Positions 45,018-51,719 of a stretch of 51,719 nt of DNA are shown one piece after another. Each line of letters begins with the position of its first letter. Within the stretch, counting starts at the first letter, position 1. This DNA is from Pseudomonadota bacterium. Its GTDB lineage: Bacteria; Pseudomonadota; Alphaproteobacteria; RF32; CAG-239. The notes under the pieces are model-generated. The model was not told the DNA's origin and did not search any database. It saw nothing but the letters and a program-made list of their open reading frames with translations. The stretch covers positions 5,336-57,054 of the forward strand of contig JAUNPO010000001.1 in NCBI GenBank assembly GCA_030536665.1, in the 5' to 3' direction. The position numbers were made by a program, and so were the translations under genes.

Positions 45018-46766
45018 TTAACTGGCAACAAAGCCGTCTGACTGCATTTTATACAGTTTATAATAAGCGCCTTTTTGGCGTAATAAAGAGGTATGAGAAC
45101 CTTCTTCAATAATTTTCCCGTTTTCAAAAACCAAAATCCGGTCCATTTCCCTAAGCGTTGACAGGCGGTGAGCAATGGCGATAACCGTTTTGTTTTTCAT
45201 CAGCCGCCCGAGGGACTTTTGAATATGCTGCTCGCTGTGGCTGTCAAGGGCGGAGGTCGCCTCGTCAAAAATCAAAATCGGCGCATTTTTGAGGATAGCG
45301 CGGGCAATGGCGATTCTCTGCCGTTCGCCGCCGGACAGGACAACGCCTCTTTCACCCACGACGGTATCATATTTTTTTGGCATCAGCTCAATAAAAATGT
45401 CTGCGGAGGCTTTCTGGGCGGCCTTGATAATTTCTTCATCCGTTGCATTGGTTTTGCCGTAACGGATATTTTCTTTTAAGGAGCGGTTAAACAGGCTGAT
45501 ATCCTGCGGAATAATGGCTATATGCTGATGCAGGGATTCTTGGGAAAAATCCCTGATGTCCGTGCCGTTTATTTTAATCGCCCCGCTTTTGACGTCATAA
45601 TAACGGTCAACCAGCTTGATAAGCGTTGATTTTCCGGCGCCGGAGTGTCCGACCAGCCCGATTTTTTCCCCGGCTTTGATTTCTATGTTTAAATCGTCGA
45701 ATATTTTTCTCTTGCCTTTGTAGGCGAAACTGACGTGTTCAAAGGAAATGGCCGCTTTGGCTGTTTTGAGCGTTTTGGCGTCGGGCTTGTCAATAATTTC
45801 CGGCTCCACGGCCAGGGTGTCAAGCGCAGACTGCATTGAACCGAGTATCCGGGAAACATTGCTGTACGTCCAGGTCATGCCAAAGACGATAAAAGACAAA
45901 TTCATAAATAAAGATGTGGCATAAATAAATTCCGTTGTGTTAATGCTGCCTTTCTTAAAAACGGCCAGCGTCAGAAAAATAAAGCCCAGCATGGAAAAAA
46001 CGGTCAGCAGATTTTGCGTTAGGTGAATGCGCGCTTTCATGATTTGTTCCCGGCTGTCAGCCTTGCGCAGAGTCTTCAAATGCTTCAGAAGGTTCAACTG
46101 CTCAAAACGAAAATTGGCAAAACTTTTGACTTCGTTGTAATTGGCAATGCTGTCCACCACCACGCCGTTGGCCAGACTTTCCTGTTTGCTGGTTTCTCGG
46201 CCGAGTTCAAGGCGTTTCTTGCCTAGATATTTGACGGCGCAGCCGATAAGAAACATCCAGACAACAAGAGCCGCCATAAAATAAATGCTGATAAAGCTTA
46301 AAATGCAAAAGGTGACAACTATCCATAAAACTGCGTCGGCAGCATTCCAAAATGTCATAAAGGATTCGATAACGCTTTTCTCAAGTTGGGAAAACTTTGT
46401 AGCGATACGGCCGGACATTTCATCATTAAAATACGCGGTGGAAAGCTTATTCACGTGTTTGAATATGTCAGAAATAATGATTGTTTTGACCGGCGGCAGA
46501 AACTTGGCCATAATGAAAAAGGAGCATTCATAACCGGCGATTTTGATTAAACCGAAAACAAAACCGGTCAGGGTAAGGCGCACCAAATCTTCCCAATAAG
46601 TCGGAGAAGCGGTCTGGCTGGCGGCCGTGTCAAAAATTTTGGCGACAAAATAAGGATAAACCTGCCCGGAAGATTGTGAAATAATCAGGCAGAAAAGCAT
46701 AAAGATAAAAAACCATTTAAATTGCCGGACATAATGCCACAAAAATTTTACTGCCGATTTTTCCAT
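45018..46766 (-). CDS. ABC exporter, fused permease/ATPase (MsbA-like)
   Basis: Six-TM domain with Walker A GHSGAGKST, signature LSGGERQRIAIARA and Walker B ILIFDEATSALD. The likely start is MEKSAVKF at 46766. Confidence 0.85.
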   Translation of the reverse strand: MEKSAVKFLWHYVRQFKWFFIFMLFCLIISQSSGQVYPYFVAKIFDTAASQTASPTYWEDLVRLTLTGFVFGLIKIAGYECSFFIMAKFLPPVKTIIISDIFKHVNKLSTAYFNDEMSGRIATKFSQLEKSVIESFMTFWNAADAVLWIVVTFCILSFISIYFMAALVVWMFLIGCAVKYLGKKRLELGRETSKQESLANGVVVDSIANYNEVKSFANFRFEQLNLLKHLKTLRKADSREQIMKARIHLTQNLLTVFSMLGFIFLTLAVFKKGSINTTEFIYATSLFMNLSFIVFGMTWTYSNVSRILGSMQSALDTLAVEPEIIDKPDAKTLKTAKAAISFEHVSFAYKGKRKIFDDLNIEIKAGEKIGLVGHSGAGKSTLIKLVDRYYDVKSGAIKINGTDIRDFSQESLHQHIAIIPQDISLFNRSLKENIRYGKTNATDEEIIKAAQKASADIFIELMPKKYDTVVGERGVVLSGGERQRIAIARAILKNAPILIFDEATSALDSHSEQHIQKSLGRLMKNKTVIAIAHRLSTLREMDRILVFENGKIIEEGSHTSLLRQKGAYYKLYKMQSDGFVAS

Positions 46767-46849
46767 TTTATTAACTCTAAATTGACTTCTTTCGTATAAT
46801 GATATACCATATTTGAAAATTATGTGCAATCACAAAAGGCTGAAACAAA

Positions 46850-47269
46850 ATGGAAAACCAATATTATACATTGATTGAAAAACAGGATTTTTACGAAATT
46901 ATTGAGAACAAATACGGCGAACTGGCAATATTCATTGATGCCCGCGACGGTGCGCCGAAAGATCCGGTTCTTGAATTTGACGGCAAAAAAACGGCCCTGC
47001 TGAAAAGGGACGAACGCCTGTCCGTGCTGTTGGAAGATATCCATGAAGAAACCAAAGGGCCTTTGGCGGAAGCCGAATTTGTCCTGATTGTCGAGCTTGA
47101 AGGAAAAATGGTTAACCGGACATACGGCGTTCCGGTTGAAAATGTTGAAGAAGTTGTTCTTAACGGCCGCCGCACCCGTGCTGATGAAATCGTCAAGGCC
47201 AAAAGCCGTGAAGAACTTATCAAAAGTTTCGGCGCTGTTCGTACTTGGACAAGCGGTATCAAAAAATAG
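46850..47269 (+). CDS. Hypothetical protein
   Basis: 139-aa ORF upstream of the PTS regulatory pair. I recognise no family. Confidence 0.4.
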   Translation: MENQYYTLIEKQDFYEIIENKYGELAIFIDARDGAPKDPVLEFDGKKTALLKRDERLSVLLEDIHEETKGPLAEAEFVLIVELEGKMVNRTYGVPVENVEEVVLNGRRTRADEIVKAKSREELIKSFGAVRTWTSGIKK

Positions 47270-47294
47270 TGAATAATAAAGAAAGAAGAAAAAA

Positions 47295-47693
47295 ATGATT
47301 GGTTTGGTTTTGGTAACTCATGGCCGGTTGGCCGAAGAATTTATTTCGGCCATGCAGCATGTTGTCGGCCCCCAGGATCAGGTGAAGGCCGTCTGTATCG
47401 GGCCGGAAGATGATATGGAAATGCGCCGCAGTGAAATTTTGAGCAAAGTCGGCGAAGTTGACAAAGGCAGCGGAGCAATCGTGCTGACGGACATGTTTGG
47501 CGGCACGCCATCCAATCTGGCAATTTCAATCATGGACAAGGCCAAAGTCGAAATCATTGCCGGCATTAATTTGCCGATGCTGATTAAACTGGCGTCCCTC
47601 CGGAAAGACAAATCCCTGAAAGAAGCGGTTGAAGGGGCTCAGGATGCCGGAAAAAAATATATTAATGTCGCGTCAAAACTTCTGGGAATGTAA
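47295..47693 (+). CDS. PTS EIIA component, mannose family
   Basis: MIGLVLVTHGRLAEEF… includes the phosphorylatable His. It contains TDMFGGTP. Confidence 0.85.
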   Translation: MIGLVLVTHGRLAEEFISAMQHVVGPQDQVKAVCIGPEDDMEMRRSEILSKVGEVDKGSGAIVLTDMFGGTPSNLAISIMDKAKVEIIAGINLPMLIKLASLRKDKSLKEAVEGAQDAGKKYINVASKLLGM

Positions 47694-47695
47694 AA

Positions 47696-47974
47696 ATGAC
47701 TGAACAGACACTGAGCGCTGAATTGGAAATTCAGAATAAAAAAGGTCTGCATGCCCGGGCGGCGGCCGCTTTTGTAAAGACAATCGAAAATCTGGACGCC
47801 GATGTCACGGTTGAGCGTATCGGACAGGTTGTTAACGGGACGTCAATCATGGGGTTGATGATGCTGGCGGCAGCTAAGGGAACCACAATCAAAATCAATG
47901 CTTCCGGTAAAGAAGCGGAAGCAGCCATGGCAGCTTTGACAAATCTGATTAACAGTAAATTTGGTGAAGAATAG
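47696..47974 (+). CDS. ptsH: HPr-family phosphocarrier protein (NPr-like)
   Basis: The active-site region is NKKGLHARAAA. Confidence 0.85.
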   Translation: MTEQTLSAELEIQNKKGLHARAAAAFVKTIENLDADVTVERIGQVVNGTSIMGLMMLAAAKGTTIKINASGKEAEAAMAALTNLINSKFGEE

Positions 47975-47986
47975 CTCCTTGTTATC

Positions 47987-48913
47987 ATGCAGACAACTAA
48001 AGCGCCGCGCAATAAAACCATAGAATTGACCCCAAAAGAAGTAAGTCATTATGCTCGCAAGGCCATAAGACTTAATTTCAAGGCCTCGTTGGACTATGTC
48101 TTAGATAAGACAATACATCAGGATGTTTTCAAAACATTGGATTACCTGCCTGATGAAAGCGTTGATTTAGTTATTGTTGACCCGCCGTATAACCTGACAA
48201 AAATCTTTGGAAACAGTGTATTTAAAGAGCGCGATTTCAGCGAATATAAAAAATGGCTGGATAAATGGCTGAAAAAGCTTCCCCGTATCATGAAGGAAAA
48301 TGCCAGTATCTATATTTGCGCGGATTGGAAAACCTCTATCTCCATTCCTGAGATTGCCGGCAAATATTTTATCTTGCAAAACCGGATATCCTGGGAAAGG
48401 GAGAAAGGCCGGGGAGCAAAAGACAACTGGAAAAACTGTCTGGAAGATATCTGGTTTTTTACAAAATCAAAAGAATATACGTTTAACCTTGACGCGGTTA
48501 AAGTTTTGCGTCCGGTTCGGGCGCCATACCGGGATGACAGCGGCGCGCCGAAAGACTGGCAGGATAGCGGAGATAAGCGTCATCGCCTGACTTATCCGTC
48601 AAATATCTGGACCGATATCTCCATTCCGTTTTGGTCAATGCCGGAAAACACCTCCCACCCGACTCAAAAACCGGAAAAACTTCTGGCCAAGCTTATTTTG
48701 GCTTCCAGCAATAAGAATGATGTCGTGTTGGATCCGTTTCTGGGGTCGGGAACAACGTCTGTTGTTGCCAAAAAACTGCAGCGTCATTATATCGGTATTG
48801 AACGTGAAAAAGAATATGTCGCTCTGGCTGAACGCCGCTTGGAACTGGCTGATGAAAATACTGAAATTCAGGGGTTTGAAAACGGTGTATTTAAATCCAG
48901 AAATTATGAATAA
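47987..48913 (+). CDS. Beta-class DNA methyltransferase (DPPY; N6-adenine or N4-cytosine), orphan
   Basis: Motif IV (VIVDPPYN) precedes motif I (LDPFLGSGTT), and IGIEREKEY is present. No restriction gene is adjacent. Confidence 0.8.
   Translation: MQTTKAPRNKTIELTPKEVSHYARKAIRLNFKASLDYVLDKTIHQDVFKTLDYLPDESVDLVIVDPPYNLTKIFGNSVFKERDFSEYKKWLDKWLKKLPRIMKENASIYICADWKTSISIPEIAGKYFILQNRISWEREKGRGAKDNWKNCLEDIWFFTKSKEYTFNLDAVKVLRPVRAPYRDDSGAPKDWQDSGDKRHRLTYPSNIWTDISIPFWSMPENTSHPTQKPEKLLAKLILASSNKNDVVLDPFLGSGTTSVVAKKLQRHYIGIEREKEYVALAERRLELADENTEIQGFENGVFKSRNYE
48212..48226 (+). repeat. Polar motif copy 10: AACAGTGTATTTAAA
   Basis: Inside the methyltransferase gene. It reads S V F K. Confidence 0.8.
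48881..48895 (+). repeat. Polar motif copy 11: AACGGTGTATTTAAA
   Basis: Inside the methyltransferase gene. It reads G V F K. Confidence 0.8.
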
Positions 48914-48927
48914 ACACTGTATTTAAA
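48913..48927 (+). repeat. Polar motif copy 12: AACACTGTATTTAAA
   Basis: It starts at the last base of the methyltransferase TAA stop. Confidence 0.9.
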
Positions 48928-49056
48928 TTTCAATAGTCCATAAGTTTATATAACAATAAGTATAAATCTCCTTGTTTTGACTGAATCTTTTATTAAGTCC
49001 TAAAGAGCAGGGGCTGACTCTGCAAAACGAAATCTAAAACATAAGGAGTTAATTTA

Positions 49057-49170
49057 ATGAGTAACAATGAAAAAAATACGTCTTCAAAAACAAATTCAAA
49101 TACATCTAAAAACAGCAGTTCTTCCACTTCTAACACCGGCAAAAAAGGCTGTGGCTGCGGCGGTAAATAA
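49057..49170 (+). CDS. Small ORF (37 aa): MSNNEKNTSSKTNSNTSKNSSSSTSNTGKKGCGCGGK
   Basis: It is not in the ORF track because it is too short. An AAGGAG sequence lies 7 nt upstream of the ATG, and a strong terminator lies 40 nt downstream. Confidence 0.45.
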   Translation: MSNNEKNTSSKTNSNTSKNSSSSTSNTGKKGCGCGGK

Positions 49171-49209
49171 AAACTGAATTTTAGCAGTTATTTCATAGTG
49201 TCACTTGTT

Positions 49210-49243
49210 ATCCCGATGATTCTCCCTCATCGGGATTTTTTTC
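49210..49243 (+). terminator. Intrinsic terminator after the small ORF
   Basis: The hairpin atcccgatga-ttctccc-tcatcgggat is followed by tttttt. Confidence 0.8.
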
Positions 49244-49319
49244 ATTTTATAATTTACTATTGCCGCGGAATGGTTATATAGTAAACAAAGCAATAATTAA
49301 TCGCCGATAGAGAGGTATA

Positions 49320-49937
49320 ATGAAAGTTTTTTTTAGCTTGTTTTTTGCTGCTGGTTTAATGTTTGCCGCTTCTGCGGCTCAGGCGCAAACAGCCGCGGAT
49401 ATACAACAAATCGAAAGTTATCTGAATAATATAAAAACCTTAAAAGCTTCTTTTGTGCAAACGGCAAGTAATGGCAACACCTCAGAGGGAAAACTCTATA
49501 TTGAAAAGCCGAACAAAATCCGCATGGAATATGATGCGCCGGTTAATGTCTTGATTGTCGGCGATGGCGATTATATTGTCTATAACGACAAAGATTTGGA
49601 TCAGGTAACGCATATTGACTATGATGACATCCCGGCCAGTCTGATTCTTTCCAATACCATTAAAATTGATGGCAAAAAGCTTAAAATAACTGATTTTTAT
49701 AAGGATTCGGGAACAACGGAAGCCGTCTTGGAATATGCCGACAACAAGGATATCGGGCCGATTACGCTCATCTTCGGCAACCGTCCTTTTGAGCTGAAAC
49801 AGTGGAAAATAACCGATCCGCAAAGCGTGCAGATTACTGTTTCTCTTTATAATGCGGAAAAAGACGAAACCTTGCCGGACAATTTGTTTAAATTCAAACA
49901 ACAAAAAAGCCCGCTCAAATTTAATAAAAAGAGATAA
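49320..49937 (+). CDS. lolA: Outer-membrane lipoprotein carrier protein LolA
   Basis: Signal peptide, then …IKTLKASFVQTASNGNTSEGKLYIEKPNKIRMEY…. Confidence 0.8.
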   Translation: MKVFFSLFFAAGLMFAASAAQAQTAADIQQIESYLNNIKTLKASFVQTASNGNTSEGKLYIEKPNKIRMEYDAPVNVLIVGDGDYIVYNDKDLDQVTHIDYDDIPASLILSNTIKIDGKKLKITDFYKDSGTTEAVLEYADNKDIGPITLIFGNRPFELKQWKITDPQSVQITVSLYNAEKDETLPDNLFKFKQQKSPLKFNKKR

Positions 49938-49939
49938 AA

Positions 49940-50752
49940 ATGACTGCCGTTAATTTTCGTTTTGCGACCTGGAATGTCAACTCTGTCCGTATCCGTCTGG
50001 AGTTGCTGAAAAAATTTGTTGAAACCGAAAATCCTGACATCCTCTGCCTTCAGGAAGTCAAAGCCAAAAAGGAGGATTTTCCCTTTGATGAGGTGCGGGC
50101 TTTAGGCTATCCGCATATTGCCTTATACAGCCAGGCCGGGTATAACGGCGTCGCCATTCTTTCAAAATATGCGTTAAGCAATGTCGAAGAATTAAACTGG
50201 GTCGGAAAAACAGACGCGCGTCATATCAAAGCCGTGCTGTTTGATGAGATAGAACTGCATAACATTTATATTCCGGCCGGCGGAGATATCCCAGACCCGA
50301 TAGCCAATCTTTCCTTTGCGCACAAGCTGACTTTTATGGATGATATCGCCGAATTTTGGGAGAAGCACAAAAGTGAATATCAAAACAAAAAAATGATAAT
50401 CTGCGGTGATTTTAACGTTGCGCCGTTCGAGAATGACGTATGGAATCATAAACAGCTTCTTAAAATTGTTTCGCATACGCCGGTTGAAGTCGAACGCCTG
50501 ACCCGCCTGCGCCATTCTTTGGATTTTGTAGATATTTCTCGTGAGTTTTATCCGGAACCGGAGAAACTTTACACCTGGTGGAGCTATCGTAACCCCAACT
50601 GGCAGACAAACAATAAGGGCCGCCGTTTAGATCATATCTGGGTAACGCCGCCTCTGAAAAATAATGTTAAAAGCTATAAAATTTTAACAACTGCCCGCGC
50701 TTGGGAGCGTCCTTCCGACCATGTGCCGGTTTTAGCCGACTTTGCATTTTAA
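49940..50752 (+). CDS. xthA: Exodeoxyribonuclease III
   Basis: Contains FATWNVNSVRIR…LCLQEVK…DHVPV. Confidence 0.9.
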   Translation: MTAVNFRFATWNVNSVRIRLELLKKFVETENPDILCLQEVKAKKEDFPFDEVRALGYPHIALYSQAGYNGVAILSKYALSNVEELNWVGKTDARHIKAVLFDEIELHNIYIPAGGDIPDPIANLSFAHKLTFMDDIAEFWEKHKSEYQNKKMIICGDFNVAPFENDVWNHKQLLKIVSHTPVEVERLTRLRHSLDFVDISREFYPEPEKLYTWWSYRNPNWQTNNKGRRLDHIWVTPPLKNNVKSYKILTTARAWERPSDHVPVLADFAF

Positions 50753-50825
50753 TGATTTTGTTGACTTTCCCAATGCGAGCTATAAACTGAATACCAGAAA
50801 ATATTATTAATCAAAATTTACAATT

Positions 50826-51290
50826 ATGGAAAAAGAAAATCTTATAATGCAGAACTTTGCTTTTGACGTTATGTATGAAAACCTGGAATGCTCAAAAATT
50901 CCGCTTACAGGACAAAAGCCGGTGGGTATTATTTTTGGCAGCCATCTTATCACCCTGAATGATTCTCCGAGTGCAATGAACTGGGAAGCTGCGATGGATT
51001 ATTGCCATAACATCAAGATAGGCGGTTATGCTTGCTCTGCCGGGAATGTTGTATTTTGGCAAGAGTTAATGTCTGATAAAAAGAAAAGATTATTGGATAT
51101 TTTATTATTAAGATGTCGAGGAGAAGCTCTCGGTAGAATGTGGCGCTGGACGTTGTCCGAGTATGATCGGAAACATGCATATAAGTTTTCGCCTCAAAGC
51201 ACATTTCCGTTTTCTCTTGATTTTAAAGACAATGGTTGTCACGGAAACTATGTCCGTCCGGTATTGGACTTAGAGAATTTATCTCTTTAG
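50826..51290 (+). CDS. DUF1566-like protein without an obvious signal peptide
   Basis: Contains …MNWEAAMDYCHN…WRWTLSEYD…NYVRPVLDL. The pattern is the same as in the two secreted paralogs. Confidence 0.5.
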   Translation: MEKENLIMQNFAFDVMYENLECSKIPLTGQKPVGIIFGSHLITLNDSPSAMNWEAAMDYCHNIKIGGYACSAGNVVFWQELMSDKKKRLLDILLLRCRGEALGRMWRWTLSEYDRKHAYKFSPQSTFPFSLDFKDNGCHGNYVRPVLDLENLSL

Positions 51291-51334
51291 CAGCAAAAGC
51301 CCCAAGATAAAACTTGGGGTTTTTGTGTTTAACT

Positions 51335-51719
51335 TTAAACCTTTAATAAATAACCGCCTTCTTCGGTGATAATCATCTGAGCGTCGGGATTGTCATGCTC
51401 CACTTTCTGGCGCAGGCGGTATATATGCGTTTCAATCGTATGCGTCGTCACATCGGGGCTGTACCCCCAAACTTCTTGCAGCAACTCGTTTTTACTGACG
51501 ATTCTGTCCTGCGATTTATATAAATATTTGATAATTGAAACTTCTTTTTCCGTTAACTTAATCAGTTCGGCATTGCGTAAGTTTAAAATTTCCTTGCTCA
51601 TTGGCCGCAGTTCATAACGGTTGAAAGTCAGATATCCTTCGCTGCTGTTTTCAAAACGGTTAATCCCTGCTTGCAAAGTATCCAAAAAATCTCTCAGTTT
51701 TAAGGGCTTGGTAAAGATA
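51335..51719 (-). CDS. OmpR-family response regulator, C-terminal part (gene runs off the right edge)
   Basis: Winged-helix output domain (…LTEKEVSIIKYLYKSQDRIVSKNELLQEVWGY…THIYRLRQKV…GGYLL). The frame stays open to the window edge (…FTKPLKLRDFLDTL…). Confidence 0.8.
   Translation of the reverse strand, partial: IFTKPLKLRDFLDTLQAGINRFENSSEGYLTFNRYELRPMSKEILNLRNAELIKLTEKEVSIIKYLYKSQDRIVSKNELLQEVWGYSPDVTTHTIETHIYRLRQKVEHDNPDAQMIITEEGGYLLKV

Noticed and set aside
1-51719. Search for CRISPR arrays, IS elements or transposases, integrases, prophage genes, and tRNA or rRNA genes.
   Set aside because: I saw no repeat-spacer periodicity, no transposase- or integrase-like ORFs and no tRNA-like T-arm/acceptor signatures. 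The only RNA gene recognised is the SRP RNA. This was a by-eye scan, so small elements could have been missed.

Overview
This is a chromosomal, origin-proximal region of an alphaproteobacterium with moderately low GC content. The identification rests on gene order: secB | Tim44-like-mltA-smr | dnaQ-coaE | AT-rich gap | rho-mnmE-mnmG-rsmG-parA-parB. Downstream lie a small glycan-modification locus, tsaE, an hprK-like gene, mlaEF, radA, cvpA, recR-ybaB-dnaX-ffs, rsmI, yraN, cca, an ialB-like gene, rlmN, dnaJ/dnaK, a thymidine-phosphorylase-family gene, an ABC exporter, PTS EIIA-Man/NPr, an orphan DNA methyltransferase, lolA and xthA. I saw no rRNA, tRNA, CRISPR array, transposase or integrase.

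Observations not explained by ordinary annotation:
1. A strand-polar word, AC-N3-GTATTTAAA (usually AACACTGTATTTAAA), occurs 12 times, always on the + strand and in two tight clusters. It appears in two different reading frames and also directly abutting four TAA stop codons.
2. A ~230-nt promoter plus structured leader RNA is present in two inverted copies. The stems covary and each copy ends in an intrinsic terminator, just upstream of a Cys-rich DUF1566-like secreted paralog.
3. The coaE-rho gap is a likely oriC: it holds DnaA boxes, TTAA-N7-TTAA boxes and GANTC sites. Two perfect parS palindromes sit inside mnmG and rsmG.
4. dnaX carries an A9 run at the tau/gamma boundary, and both alternative frames stop within 2-4 codons.
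5. Three textbook gene pairs (rho|mnmE, mnmG|rsmG, dnaK|dnaJ) are each interrupted by accessory genes. One insertion is a tandem HD-HD-PHP-PHP block.
6. An unannotated 37-codon Ser/Asn/Thr-rich ORF ends in GCGCGGK.
7. An oxidoreductase gene is broken at an A7 tract.

All calls come from reading the sequence and ORF translations. No database search was run, and RNA ends and start codons are approximate.
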